From positions 640,001 to 704,000 of the forward strand of contig CAVSGO010000005.1 in NCBI GenBank assembly GCA_963727525.1: a stretch of 64,000 nt of DNA. The letters run 5' to 3'. Shown in pieces: positions 20,646 to 30,622 of this stretch (positions are counted from its first letter, which is position 1; each line of letters opens with the position of its first letter). A program made the translations under genes and the position numbers. The notes beneath the pieces are model-generated. The model saw only the letters and a list, made by a program, of their open reading frames with translations, did no database searches and was not told where the DNA came from. The stretch is from an uncultured bacterium (GTDB lineage Bacteria > Krumholzibacteriota > Krumholzibacteriia > LZORAL124-64-63).

Positions 20646-23600
20646 ATGTCACGCATACGGGCCATACCGGCGCGGTTCGCCGTATGTCTGTTCGCGATCG
20701 CCGCGAGCGCAGCCGCCGTCGGCGCCAGCTCGTCACCACTGTCCACGAGCGTCGTCGCGGCGCTTGCCGACGCCGACCGCGACGTCTGGCGCACCGACGG
20801 GCGCCTCACGATCTGGGTCTTCTTCGACGGCAAGGATCTCGCGGGCGCCGCACTGTCGCGGGCGCTGGCCGGCGCGGAGTCGGCCCTCACCGACCGCACT
20901 GCACGTCGGCGCGCCAAGATGGTACCGAAGGGCGCCTCGCTCGTGGACTGGAGCGATCTGCCCGTGTCGCCCGTACGCGTCGCCGCGGTGGCGGCGACCG
21001 GCGCGGAACTGCGGGTCCGCAGCCGCTGGCTCGATGCGGTCAGCTGCCTGGCGACAGCCACCCAGGTCCGCGCGATCGCCGCGCTGCCCGGCGTGCGCCG
21101 GGTGAGCCTCGTGGGACGGAGCACCACGTTGCGCGCGGACGCAACGCGGTCCCTCGACATCGAGGCCCTGCCGACGAGCGACGCCTGGTCACTGGACTAC
21201 GGCGCCAGCCTCGCCACGCTGGAGCAGATCAACGTGCCGCTCGTGCACGAGCGGGGCTACACGGGACACGGAGTACTGATCGGCATGCTCGACACCGGCT
21301 TCGACGTCACCCACGTCGCCTTCTCGCATCTCACCGTGGTCGCCGCACACGACTTCGTGAACGACGACGACATCGTGGCCGACGAGCCCGGCGACCCCAT
21401 CGAGCAGGACTCGCACGGCACCAAGGTCCTCTCGGCGATCGCGGGTTTCGCGCCCGGCCATCTCGTAGGACCGGCATATCGGGCTTCGTACGTCCTCGCC
21501 AAGGCCGAACAAAGCGGCGTGGAGGAACCTTTCGAGGAAGACTGGTGGGTCGCCGGCATCGAATGGGCGGAGACCCAGGGCGTCGATGTCGTCTCGAGCA
21601 GCCTAGGCTACTGGCAGTTTCACCAGTTCGAAGAACTCGACGGTGACACCGCACCGTCGACGATCGCGGGCGATCGCGCGGCCGCCCATGGCATCGTCGT
21701 CTGCAATGCGTGCGGCAATTTCCGCAACACCGAATATCAGCACATCTGCGCCCCCGCCGACGGCGACAGCGTGATCGCCGTGGGTGCCGTGGACTCCGTG
21801 GGACTCTGCGCGGACTTCTCGTCGCCAGGCCCCAGCTACGACGGTCGCATCAAGCCAGACGTCACGGCCCGGGGAGTTCGCGTACCCGTCGTGAACCCGC
21901 AGGACGACGTCTCCTACGACGCGACCGGTGGTACCTCCCTCAGCGGCCCGCTCGTGGCCGGGGTCGCCGCCCTCCTGCTCGAGCGGCTGCCCGGCCTCAC
22001 GCCCATGCAAGTGCGCGACGCGCTGCGCGAGACCGCGAACCATGCCGGGAATCCCGACAACGACTACGGCTGGGGAATCGTCGACGCCGACGCCGCTCTC
22101 CGCTACTGGGGCCCCGACATCGCCCACACGCCCCTGGGCATCACCGACGACACCGTCGGCCCCTACACCATCGTCAGCGCCATCACCGATCGGTTCGACG
22201 TCGATCCATCCCAGGCCTTCCTGCACTACCGCATCAACGGCGGTACCTGGCAGACGTTGGCCCTGACGCACGTCAGCGGCACGCGCTTCGATGGGTCCAT
22301 TCCGGGTCAACCCTACGTCAGTCTCGTGGAATATTACCTCGAGGCCGGCGACAACCAGGGCTGGGTGACGACGCTGCCCGGGCGTGGCCCCGACGCGCCA
22401 TACGCCTTCGAGGTGAGTCCCGACACCACGCCGCCCATGCTCACGCATGCGCCGCTCGCAGACATGTACATCGGCCTGTGGCCACCCCTGGTCACGGCCA
22501 CGGCCACGGACGACCGTGGCGTCGATCGCGTCGAGCTACGCTTCCACATCAACGACGGCGACGAGCAAGGGCCATTCTCGCTGCCCGAGGGAGCGGACAG
22601 CACGTATACGCTCGCGTTTCCGCTGGCGACCGGCGCACTCCAGGAGGACGACCGGATCACCTACACCCTCACCGCCGTCGACATCTCCTTGAACGGGAAC
22701 GCGACGAGCACCGATCCCGTCGCGTTCACGGTGTTCGGGGCCGGCGACGGACTGGTGCTGCTCATCGACGATGCTCCGGACGGCAGCGCCTCGCTCATCG
22801 CCGATCGGCTCGCCGGCCTCGGCTATCACCTCACCTGGCGCGGCCCATCCGAGGTGACGGCCTCGGATCTGGGATACCAGGCGCTCGCGATCCTCGCCAG
22901 CGGTATCAACCTGACACCGGCGAGCGATCCCGCCCTGCGGGCCTTGCTGGCAGGCTGGATGGCGGATGGCGGGCGCCTCCTGGTCGAGGGCGGAGAGATC
23001 GGCTACCGCGCCACCCACATGGGAAGCTTCGGCACCTTTGCGGCCGACGTGCTGCACTGCAGCGGCTGGGCCGGCGACTGTGGCGGCGCGCTGACCGTGC
23101 CCGCCGGGCAAGATCCGCATCCGCTGCTACAGACGCCCCATGCCATCTCGCTGCCGCTCGCGATCGATTGCGTCGACTACGATGCGCAGGACTGCGTCAC
23201 GCCGGCCGGCGACGCCGTGGGCGCGCTGGTGCCGGCGAATTTCCCTGCGGCGGCCGGACTCGTGGTGTACGACGACAATCCGAAACCCGAGGCGGTACAG
23301 CTGGTCTATCTACCCTTCGCGCTGGGCTCCCTGGCCGACCCGGACCAGGCCGGCGACCTGATCGAGAACGCGGTCGTCCTTCTCCTTGCCGAGGAACTCC
23401 CGGCCACCGCGACGATCGCCGGCACGGCACGCATGTCCAGCGAGAGCGACAACGCGGGCATCACCGTGATGGCCGGCTCCCTCACGACGACGACGACGAC
23501 CGACGGCAGCTACCTGCTCGGACCGCTCTTCGCGGGCACGTACGTCGTCACGGCCTCCCATGAAGGCTACACGACGCTGCAGACCGAGGTGACGCTCACG

Positions 23601-24362
23601 AGCGGCCAGCAACTCGCCGGCATCGATTTCCTCCTGCCGCGAACGTTCACCGAGCAGTACCGCGCGCAGCCGATCGCGCCCATTCCCGATGGCGATCCCG
23701 AAGGGCTCACGAGCATCATCTCCGTGCCCCCCGGTGGCCAGCACGGCTTCGACAGCCCCATTCTCGACGTGTCCATCGACATCGATCTCGGGCACCCGTC
23801 GATCAGCCAGCTCGCAGTCACGCTCACGAGCCCCGCCGGCACGCAGGTGACGCTCCACGATCACTCCGGCGGCGAGACGCACAACCTGCACGGCAACTGG
23901 CCCCACACGTTGACGGTGGATGGCCCGGGTAGCCTCGACGACGTCCAGGGCGAGAGCATCGCCGGCGACTGGGTGCTGCACGTGGTGGACACGATCCCGA
24001 CCGGGGCGGGCACGCTCTACTCCTGGTACCTGAATTGTCTGATGCAGCTGCCGCCGGTGGGCGTGGTAGCCAGCGCCCTTCCTGCCGCGACATGCCTGGC
24101 CGGCAACGCGCCGAATCCGTTCAATCCGCGCACGACGTTGCGCCTGGAACTGGCCAGGCCCGGCCCAGTGGAGCTGGCGATCTTCGACCTGCGAGGCCGC
24201 CTTCTGCGCCATCTCGTGGACGGCGCGCTGCCGGCGGGATACCACGACGTGGTGTGGCAGGGCGACGATGACGCTGGCCGCGCCCTGAGCAGCGGCGTGT
24301 ACCTCGCGCGTCTGCGTGCCGACGGCGCGGTGCAGAGTCGCAAGATGCTGCTTGTGCGATGA
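20646..24362 (+). CDS. Secreted S8 serine peptidase with accessory domains (carboxypeptidase-regulatory-like, proprotein convertase P domain, FlgD-Ig/T9SS-like CTD)
   Basis: GMLDTGF, HGTK, GTSLS; LAVTLTSPAGT..GDWVLHVVD (P domain); PNPFNPRT..GVYLARL..KMLLVR. Confidence 0.9.
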   Translation: MSRIRAIPARFAVCLFAIAASAAAVGASSSPLSTSVVAALADADRDVWRTDGRLTIWVFFDGKDLAGAALSRALAGAESALTDRTARRRAKMVPKGASLVDWSDLPVSPVRVAAVAATGAELRVRSRWLDAVSCLATATQVRAIAALPGVRRVSLVGRSTTLRADATRSLDIEALPTSDAWSLDYGASLATLEQINVPLVHERGYTGHGVLIGMLDTGFDVTHVAFSHLTVVAAHDFVNDDDIVADEPGDPIEQDSHGTKVLSAIAGFAPGHLVGPAYRASYVLAKAEQSGVEEPFEEDWWVAGIEWAETQGVDVVSSSLGYWQFHQFEELDGDTAPSTIAGDRAAAHGIVVCNACGNFRNTEYQHICAPADGDSVIAVGAVDSVGLCADFSSPGPSYDGRIKPDVTARGVRVPVVNPQDDVSYDATGGTSLSGPLVAGVAALLLERLPGLTPMQVRDALRETANHAGNPDNDYGWGIVDADAALRYWGPDIAHTPLGITDDTVGPYTIVSAITDRFDVDPSQAFLHYRINGGTWQTLALTHVSGTRFDGSIPGQPYVSLVEYYLEAGDNQGWVTTLPGRGPDAPYAFEVSPDTTPPMLTHAPLADMYIGLWPPLVTATATDDRGVDRVELRFHINDGDEQGPFSLPEGADSTYTLAFPLATGALQEDDRITYTLTAVDISLNGNATSTDPVAFTVFGAGDGLVLLIDDAPDGSASLIADRLAGLGYHLTWRGPSEVTASDLGYQALAILASGINLTPASDPALRALLAGWMADGGRLLVEGGEIGYRATHMGSFGTFAADVLHCSGWAGDCGGALTVPAGQDPHPLLQTPHAISLPLAIDCVDYDAQDCVTPAGDAVGALVPANFPAAAGLVVYDDNPKPEAVQLVYLPFALGSLADPDQAGDLIENAVVLLLAEELPATATIAGTARMSSESDNAGITVMAGSLTTTTTTDGSYLLGPLFAGTYVVTASHEGYTTLQTEVTLTSGQQLAGIDFLLPRTFTEQYRAQPIAPIPDGDPEGLTSIISVPPGGQHGFDSPILDVSIDIDLGHPSISQLAVTLTSPAGTQVTLHDHSGGETHNLHGNWPHTLTVDGPGSLDDVQGESIAGDWVLHVVDTIPTGAGTLYSWYLNCLMQLPPVGVVASALPAATCLAGNAPNPFNPRTTLRLELARPGPVELAIFDLRGRLLRHLVDGALPAGYHDVVWQGDDDAGRALSSGVYLARLRADGAVQSRKMLLVR

Positions 24363-24384
24363 ACGTGCGTGGACCGCGCCGACC

Positions 24385-25302
24385 TCAGGAACGCGCCCGC
24401 AGCGCGTCGTGGAGGGCGCGCACCTTGCGCACGTCGTCCCACGTGTCGCGCTTGTGGTGCTCGTTGCGCAGGAGCGCGGCGGGATGGTAGGTGGCCATGA
24501 CCGGGATGCCGCCGTAGAAGTGCACGGCGCGGCGCAACGCCCCGAGCGAGGCGCTCGTGCCGAGCAGGGTCTGGGTCGCGATGCGGCCCAGGCAAAGAAT
24601 GAGCCGTGGTTCGAGGATGGCGAGCTGACGCTTCAGGTACGGCTCGCAGCTGGCAACCTCCTCGGCTTCGGGGTCGCGGTTGTTCGGCGGCCGGCACTTG
24701 AGGATGTTGCAGATGTAGACGTCGTCGCGCGCGAAGTCGACGGCGGCGAGGATCTTCGTCAGGAGCTGACCGCTACGGCCCACGAACGGCAATCCCTGCA
24801 GGTCCTCGTCGCGACCCGGCGCCTCTCCGATGAGCACGAGGTCGGCCTCGGGATTGCCGGCCCCGAACACCGTCTGCGTGCGGTCGGTATGCAGCTTGCA
24901 GCGCGTGCACGGCGACACCTCGCGCGCCAGCGCGGCGAGGGCCGCGACCTTCTCCTCGCGGGTACGCGGTGCAGGCGGCGGCTGCGGGCCGGGCTCGGCA
25001 TCGGCCGGCGACGACGCGAAGATGTCGGATTGCGCCAGCGTCGGCGCCGGGGCCTCGCGCGTGACGTCGATGGCCGCGAGACTCTCGCTCACGAAGCGTT
25101 CGCACTCGCGCTGGAATGCCTCGTCGCGGGCGGGTTTCGGAGCGTCGGCCGTTGCGGCCGGGGCCGGGGCCTCCGCGATCGCCGGCTCCCTGGTCGGCGC
25201 CACGCCGGCCTCCAGCAACATCCAGTCGGGTCCGCGACCGGAGAGCTGTCCGAGGTAGCGCACGAGATCGTCGCGCAGGCTGTCGAGGGAATCGCCCGTC
25301 AC
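24385..25302 (-). CDS. Uracil-DNA glycosylase, family 4
   Basis: CTRCKL, GEAPG, KCRPPNNR, TYHPAALLR; GTG start overlaps the coaBC stop. Confidence 0.92.
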   Translation of the reverse strand: MTGDSLDSLRDDLVRYLGQLSGRGPDWMLLEAGVAPTREPAIAEAPAPAATADAPKPARDEAFQRECERFVSESLAAIDVTREAPAPTLAQSDIFASSPADAEPGPQPPPAPRTREEKVAALAALAREVSPCTRCKLHTDRTQTVFGAGNPEADLVLIGEAPGRDEDLQGLPFVGRSGQLLTKILAAVDFARDDVYICNILKCRPPNNRDPEAEEVASCEPYLKRQLAILEPRLILCLGRIATQTLLGTSASLGALRRAVHFYGGIPVMATYHPAALLRNEHHKRDTWDDVRKVRALHDALRARS

Positions 25303-26543
25303 GCGCGCGCCTTTCCGGTCGACTCGGCCGCGGCCACGCGCGCGAGGATCTCGCCGGCGAGCACGTCCTTGGGCATGGGCTCGGCGTTGCTCCACACCTC
25401 GCCCTGCGGCCCGAGCAGCACCACCTGGTGCGGCGCGTCGCCGAAACCGGCCCCATTGCCCACGACATAGTCGAGCCGCTTGGCGCGGCGCTTCGCCTCG
25501 GCGCGGGCGCGCAGGTCGTCGGTCTCCAGGGCGAAACCCACCACGCGGCAGCCAGCCGGCCGATGCGCGGCGACCACGTCGCCCAGCACGTCGGGCGTGC
25601 GCACCAGCTCGAGCGTCCACACGTCGCCGACCGTGTCCTTCTTGATCTTGGCGTCCTGCGGTTCACGCGGGGTGAAATCGGCGACTGCCGCGGCCATGAC
25701 GAGCCAGTCGCAACCGGCGTCGAGGGCCGCGCCCACGGCGGTCGCCATCTCGGCAGCCGCGGTCACCCGGCTCACGCGCGCCAGACCGGCGGGCACCTCG
25801 AGGCTTGTGGGGCCCGTGATCAGCGTGACCTCGGCGCCGAGTTGCACGGCGCGCCGCGCCAGCGCGTAACCGAACACGCCGGTCGAGCGATTGCCGAGGA
25901 AGCGAACCGGATCGACGGCTTCGTGAGTCGGCCCGGCGGTGACGACCACGCGGCGTCCGCTCCAGAATCCGTCGGCGAGGGTGGCCGCCCCGGCCAGCAC
26001 CTCGTGCACGCGCGTCGCGATGAGCGGCGGCTCGGCCATGCGCCCCACGCTCACCGTACCGCAAGCCAGGAAGCCGCTGTCCGGCTCCACCACGTGCACA
26101 CCGCGGCCACGCAGCGTGGCGAGGTTGGCCTGAGTGGCGGCGTGGCGCCACATGTTGTCGTTCATCGCGGGGGCCGCCACCACGGGCCCGGGGTGGGCCA
26201 GCAGCAGCGTGGAGACGATGTCGTCGGCGATGCCGTGGGCGAGCTTGGCCAGGATGTTGGCCGTGGCCGGCGCGACCACCGCCACGTCGGCCCAGCGCGC
26301 ATACTCGATGTGATCGAGGGCCTGGCTCTGCCCCTCGCCCCAGAGATCGGTGGCCACGGGGTTTTCCGAGAGCACCTGGAAGGTCATCGGCGTGACGAAA
26401 CGCTGTGCGGCCTCCGTCATGGCCACCTTGACGGAAAGACCCGCCTGTTTCAGCAGGCGGGTCAAGACACAGGCCTTGTAAGCGGCGATACCACCGGACA
26501 CCAGGAGTAGGACGTTGCCGAGCGGCACGTCGCCTTGCGCCAT
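25299..26543 (-). CDS. coaBC: Phosphopantothenoylcysteine decarboxylase/ligase
   Basis: GGIAAYKA, APATAN, PAMN, GFLACG, TAGPT..DPVRF. Confidence 0.96.
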   Translation of the reverse strand: MAQGDVPLGNVLLLVSGGIAAYKACVLTRLLKQAGLSVKVAMTEAAQRFVTPMTFQVLSENPVATDLWGEGQSQALDHIEYARWADVAVVAPATANILAKLAHGIADDIVSTLLLAHPGPVVAAPAMNDNMWRHAATQANLATLRGRGVHVVEPDSGFLACGTVSVGRMAEPPLIATRVHEVLAGAATLADGFWSGRRVVVTAGPTHEAVDPVRFLGNRSTGVFGYALARRAVQLGAEVTLITGPTSLEVPAGLARVSRVTAAAEMATAVGAALDAGCDWLVMAAAVADFTPREPQDAKIKKDTVGDVWTLELVRTPDVLGDVVAAHRPAGCRVVGFALETDDLRARAEAKRRAKRLDYVVGNGAGFGDAPHQVVLLGPQGEVWSNAEPMPKDVLAGEILARVAAAESTGKARA

Positions 26544-26549
26544 GGTCCG

Positions 26550-26798
26550 TTACTCCTTGCCCTGCTGCTCCTGCAGGCGTTCGGCCTTCACCTGCTGCTC
26601 CCGCTCGCGCTTGTCGAAGTAGCTCACCTGACCATCGAGCAGGCGGCTCACGGCCAGACTCGTGATCTTGCCCGGCAGATTGACCGACAGGGTGCGCGCC
26701 CGGGCATTCAGCCGGCGCGCCTCCAGTGACGCTACCCGAATCGCCTCGAACTTGTTGGGAATGAGATCCAGCACCGGCTGACGGGGAATGTAGGTCAT
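26550..26798 (-). CDS. rpoZ: RNA polymerase omega subunit
   Basis: NKFEAIRVASLEARRLN; position between gmk and coaBC. Confidence 0.85.
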   Translation of the reverse strand: MTYIPRQPVLDLIPNKFEAIRVASLEARRLNARARTLSVNLPGKITSLAVSRLLDGQVSYFDKREREQQVKAERLQEQQGKE

Positions 26799-26892
26799 GA
26801 AACATGCACCTCGTGGAACAACGACGCAAAAACGCGGGGCGACTCGCCCCGGCCAACAGAGCCGATCCAATTTACGGCTTTTTTGCGGAATA

Positions 26893-27531
26893 TCAAGAGC
26901 CGTCCGGGTTTCGGGAGTCGTCGCGCACCAGGTGCGACTCAGCGTGCCCCGACACCGGAGGCCCCGGCAACCGATCCTGCCGGCACCGTTCTGCCGCGAG
27001 GATCGCCCGCAATCGCGCCACGCAGGCGTCTACCTCGTCGTTCACCACCCAGTAAGTGTAGCGGGAGGCGAAGCCCACCTCCCAGCGGGCGTTCTTCAGG
27101 CGAGTGGCGATGACGTCGTCCTGGTCGGTGCCGCGGCCGCGCAGGCGGCGCTCCAGTTCGTCCCACGACGGCGGGTACAGGAAGACCGAGACCACGTCGG
27201 CGCCAAAGCGTTCCAGCACCTGCACGCCGCCCTGCACGTCGATGTCCAGCAATGGGATCTGCCCCGCGGCCTCCATCGCGCGCACGTGTTCCCAGCGCGT
27301 GCCGTAGCGGCGGCCGTGGACGGTAGCCCACTCCACGAACGCGTCGGCGGCCACGAGGCGATCGAAGGTGGCGTCGTCGACGAAGTGGTAGTCGCGTCCC
27401 TCCGCCTCGCCGTCGCGCCTGGGCCGCGTGGTGGTGGACACGGAGAACGCGAGCGCGGGTTCGGCGGCGAGCAGCCGCTGCAACACGGTGCTCTTGCCTG
27501 CGCCCGATGGGCCGGAGATTAGCAGCAGCAT
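26893..27531 (-). CDS. gmk: Guanylate kinase
   Basis: SGPSGAGKS, TTRPRR, DYHFV, DIDVQG. Confidence 0.96.
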   Translation of the reverse strand: MLLLISGPSGAGKSTVLQRLLAAEPALAFSVSTTTRPRRDGEAEGRDYHFVDDATFDRLVAADAFVEWATVHGRRYGTRWEHVRAMEAAGQIPLLDIDVQGGVQVLERFGADVVSVFLYPPSWDELERRLRGRGTDQDDVIATRLKNARWEVGFASRYTYWVVNDEVDACVARLRAILAAERCRQDRLPGPPVSGHAESHLVRDDSRNPDGS

Positions 27532-27532
27532 C

Positions 27533-28414
27533 TCACTCCAGGTTCTGCACTTGTTCCTTGAGCGACTCGACCTCGTCCTTCATCGCGATGACGAGCTGGG
27601 TGATCTCCATGAGGTTGGTCTTGGAACCCATGGTGTTCACCTCGCGATGCATCTCCTGGAGCAGGAAGTTGAGCTGCTTGGCCACCTGCCCCCCCCGGCG
27701 CAAGGCTTCGTCGAAATGCTGCAGGTGGATGCCGAGGCGCTCGCACTCCTCGTTGATGCTCGCCCGATCGGCGATGATCGCCGCCTCCTGAGCCAGGCGC
27801 TGCGGTTCGATTTGCTCCTGGAGCAGAGCCGCAAGTCTCGCCTGGAGCCGCCCATGAGCCTCGGTGGCCGCGCGCGGCAGCAGCAACTGGACGCTGGCCA
27901 GGTGCTCCCGCAACCGCACGACGCGCTGGGCCATCTCCTGCACCAGCTTCTCACCCTCCTGCTGCTTCATCGACTGCAACCCGCCGATCGCCTGGTCGAG
28001 GGCCGTCAGCATCGCCGAGCGCAGGTCGTCCTGCGTGATCGCCTCCGCCGTGGAGGCAAAGAGGTCGGGCACCTGCAACAGGTCGCCCAGACTCACGGCC
28101 TGAGGCGTGCCGGTGAGTGCCGCAAGGCGTGCGGCGAGCCCCTGGAGCTGGCGGATGGCGCCGTCCACGCGTGTAGTGTCGAGGGTGGGCGTGGCCGCGT
28201 CCGGCGCGGTGATGGCCGTGGCGGCCACCGTCACCCGGCCGCGCGCGATGGCGTCCTTCAGGCGTGCACGGATATCGATCTCCAGGAACGCGAGGCTGCT
28301 CGGCAGCTTCAGCGCCACGTCCAGGAATCGGTGGTTGACCGAGCGCAATTCGACGGTGACGGTGATCGGTCCCGCCACGGCCTCGCCGCCGCCGAAACCT
28401 GTCATGCTGAGCAT
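27533..28414 (-). CDS. yicC: YicC/YloC family endoribonuclease
   Basis: SMTGFG, SVNHRFLD, QEMHREVNTMGSK, EQVQNLE. Confidence 0.94.
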   Translation of the reverse strand: MLSMTGFGGGEAVAGPITVTVELRSVNHRFLDVALKLPSSLAFLEIDIRARLKDAIARGRVTVAATAITAPDAATPTLDTTRVDGAIRQLQGLAARLAALTGTPQAVSLGDLLQVPDLFASTAEAITQDDLRSAMLTALDQAIGGLQSMKQQEGEKLVQEMAQRVVRLREHLASVQLLLPRAATEAHGRLQARLAALLQEQIEPQRLAQEAAIIADRASINEECERLGIHLQHFDEALRRGGQVAKQLNFLLQEMHREVNTMGSKTNLMEITQLVIAMKDEVESLKEQVQNLE

Positions 28415-28599
28415 CGTCTCACTTCCTCTCTGACCACGGACGAACCCGCCACCGCCCCTCCGGGCGAAGGCTGTTCGCAGTGTAAGCGCCGCCGGCAGGC
28501 GCGGCAAGAACCACGTCGGCATCTGTCGAGTCGCCGGTTGTCGGTGCCCCGGAATGGGTGTAAGTATCGAGCCAGGCCACCCCGCCACGTCGAGGAGAA

Positions 28600-29067
28600 A
28601 TGATGAAGACATCCCTGACACTCACCATCCTGCTGCTGGTCGCCGACACCGCCGCGGCGGCTGGCGTCGGCTACGGACCGCGTCTCGGCTACACGCACGA
28701 CTCGGGACTCGATCAGGCTCATGTCGGCGGGCAGGCCGTGATCGGCGACTTCGGCATGAACGTCGTGGTCATCCCCTCCGTGGAAGTGGGATTCGGCAGC
28801 GAATCCACGCTGCTCGCCATCAACGGCGACGTGGTCTACGATTTCACCGAATTCGCCACCAATCGCTGGGGGTTCTACGCCGGCCTCGGCCTGGCCTTCA
28901 ACCGCTGGGACCTGCCCCACGCCACGAGCACCGACATCGGCATGAATGCCGTGATCGGCACCACGTGGACTCTGCCTAACCTGCGCAACGAATTCTTCGG
29001 CGAGCTACGACTGGGCCTGGAAGACAGTCCCGATTTCAAGCTGACTGTCGGTGTCAACGTCTTCTGA
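28600..29067 (+). CDS. Small outer-membrane beta-barrel protein
   Basis: Signal peptide, alternating amphipathic strands, terminal Phe; GAGGAG RBS. Confidence 0.75.
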   Translation: MMKTSLTLTILLLVADTAAAAGVGYGPRLGYTHDSGLDQAHVGGQAVIGDFGMNVVVIPSVEVGFGSESTLLAINGDVVYDFTEFATNRWGFYAGLGLAFNRWDLPHATSTDIGMNAVIGTTWTLPNLRNEFFGELRLGLEDSPDFKLTVGVNVF

Positions 29068-30499
29068 TCGCGCCGACCTGCGGCCGTGGCGGGATCGGCA
29101 CCTGCTGGCGGCCCTCGTCGCGGCGTGGTGCGCGCGGTGGGGCGGCCGGCCCGTGCACCATCTTGCCACGGGCCAGGGCTGGGCGACCCTGCACCTCATG
29201 GGTGACGACCGGCCCGTGCTCGTGTTCACCGCCCTGCCGGGTGCCTCCCTGGTCTTCGACCAGGCCGGTCCCCTGCCGCGGGTCCTCGCACGCGCCCTCG
29301 AACGCGGCGGTCCCACGCCGCCGGCCCTCGGTCCCGAACACATGTTCCTGGGCGCGGATCTCTTGCCAAACGATCTGGTGCTCGCGGTGCGTCTACGCGG
29401 CCCCGCGGGCGAGCGCGTGCTCCTGCACCAGCTCTTTGGCAGCCCGGGGAATACCGCCGTGGTCGAGCGCTCGGGCCGCGTATTGTGGGCCCATCGCCAG
29501 CCGTTGCACCCGTGTCTGCTCGAACCGCTGCCGGCACCCCCGCCGGAGATCCCGGAAGCGCCCGATCCGTCGGAGCGATTCCGGGACACCGGCCTGCCGA
29601 GGCTGCTGCGCCAGCGCGAGACAGCGCTCGCCGACCGCGTGCGCCGCAGCCTGCAGCGCCGCCACGCGGCCGCCCGCCGGCTGGCCGCCAACCTCGCCGC
29701 CGACCTGGGTGGCGCCGAGCGCGGCGGGGACCACCGGCGCGACGCCGAGACCCTCGCGGCCCACCTGCACACGCTCACCTCGGGCGCCGACACGGTCGTC
29801 CTGGAGGATCCCCGCGACGGCACGGCACGCACGATCGCGCTGGACCCCGCCCTCCCACCCGCGGCGAATCTCGAGCGTCTGTTCAAGCTGGCGCGCAAGG
29901 CCGACCGTGGCCGCCACGTCATCGCCGAACGGCTGGGCACGGCCACAGACGATGCCGCCGCCACCGAGGCCGCGCTGGAGCGCCTCGACGCATGCCTCGC
30001 CGCTGCCGATCCGCCGGATCCCCTCGCGCGCCTGGAGAACCTGCTCGCCTTCGCCGCGGAGACGGCCACGCTCCCCGGCGATTCCGAGTCCGCGAGTCGC
30101 CGCGCCCCCGACGAGCCCACGCGTCCGTTCCGGCGCTACCGACTGGCCGGGCACTGGGATGTGTGGATCGGCCGCAGCCGCGAAGAGAACGACGAACTCA
30201 CGCTCCATGCGAGCCATCCCCGCGACCTCTGGCTCCACGCACAGGGCGTGACGGGCAGCCACGTGATCATCCGCACCGGCGGCAAGCCCGAGCAGGTGCC
30301 CCGCGCGATCATCGAACAAGCCGCCCAGCTCGCGGCATTGCACAGCCGCGCTCGCCACAGCACCCTCGTGCCCGTGAACTGGACGCAGCGCCGCCACGTG
30401 CGCAAGCCCCGCAAGGCCGCGCCGGGCGCGGTGGTATGTCAGCAGGAGAAGACGGTGTTCGTGGCGCCCGGCATCCCGACGGGGGCGGAGCCGATCTAG
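29051..30499 (+). CDS. NFACT/RqcH (Rqc2) family ribosome quality-control protein
   Basis: IGRSREENDELT, DLWLHA..GSHV, VRKPRKAAPGAV (NFACT-R); coiled-coil middle. Confidence 0.85.
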   Translation: MSTSSDRADLRPWRDRHLLAALVAAWCARWGGRPVHHLATGQGWATLHLMGDDRPVLVFTALPGASLVFDQAGPLPRVLARALERGGPTPPALGPEHMFLGADLLPNDLVLAVRLRGPAGERVLLHQLFGSPGNTAVVERSGRVLWAHRQPLHPCLLEPLPAPPPEIPEAPDPSERFRDTGLPRLLRQRETALADRVRRSLQRRHAAARRLAANLAADLGGAERGGDHRRDAETLAAHLHTLTSGADTVVLEDPRDGTARTIALDPALPPAANLERLFKLARKADRGRHVIAERLGTATDDAAATEAALERLDACLAAADPPDPLARLENLLAFAAETATLPGDSESASRRAPDEPTRPFRRYRLAGHWDVWIGRSREENDELTLHASHPRDLWLHAQGVTGSHVIIRTGGKPEQVPRAIIEQAAQLAALHSRARHSTLVPVNWTQRRHVRKPRKAAPGAVVCQQEKTVFVAPGIPTGAEPI

Positions 30500-30543
30500 T
30501 CCAAGACGCCCCGCTGACCCGAGCGTTTCGGGCCGTACGGAAA

Positions 30544-30567
30544 CCCCGCCACCTTTCGGCGGCGGGG
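30544..30567. terminator. Hairpin between convergent genes
   Basis: ccccgcc-acctttcggc-ggcgggg. Confidence 0.5.
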
Positions 30568-30622
30568 CAGCCTTATCGGACATCACTGCCGCGACGGCAG
30601 CGAAATTTTCATTTGATTCCGC

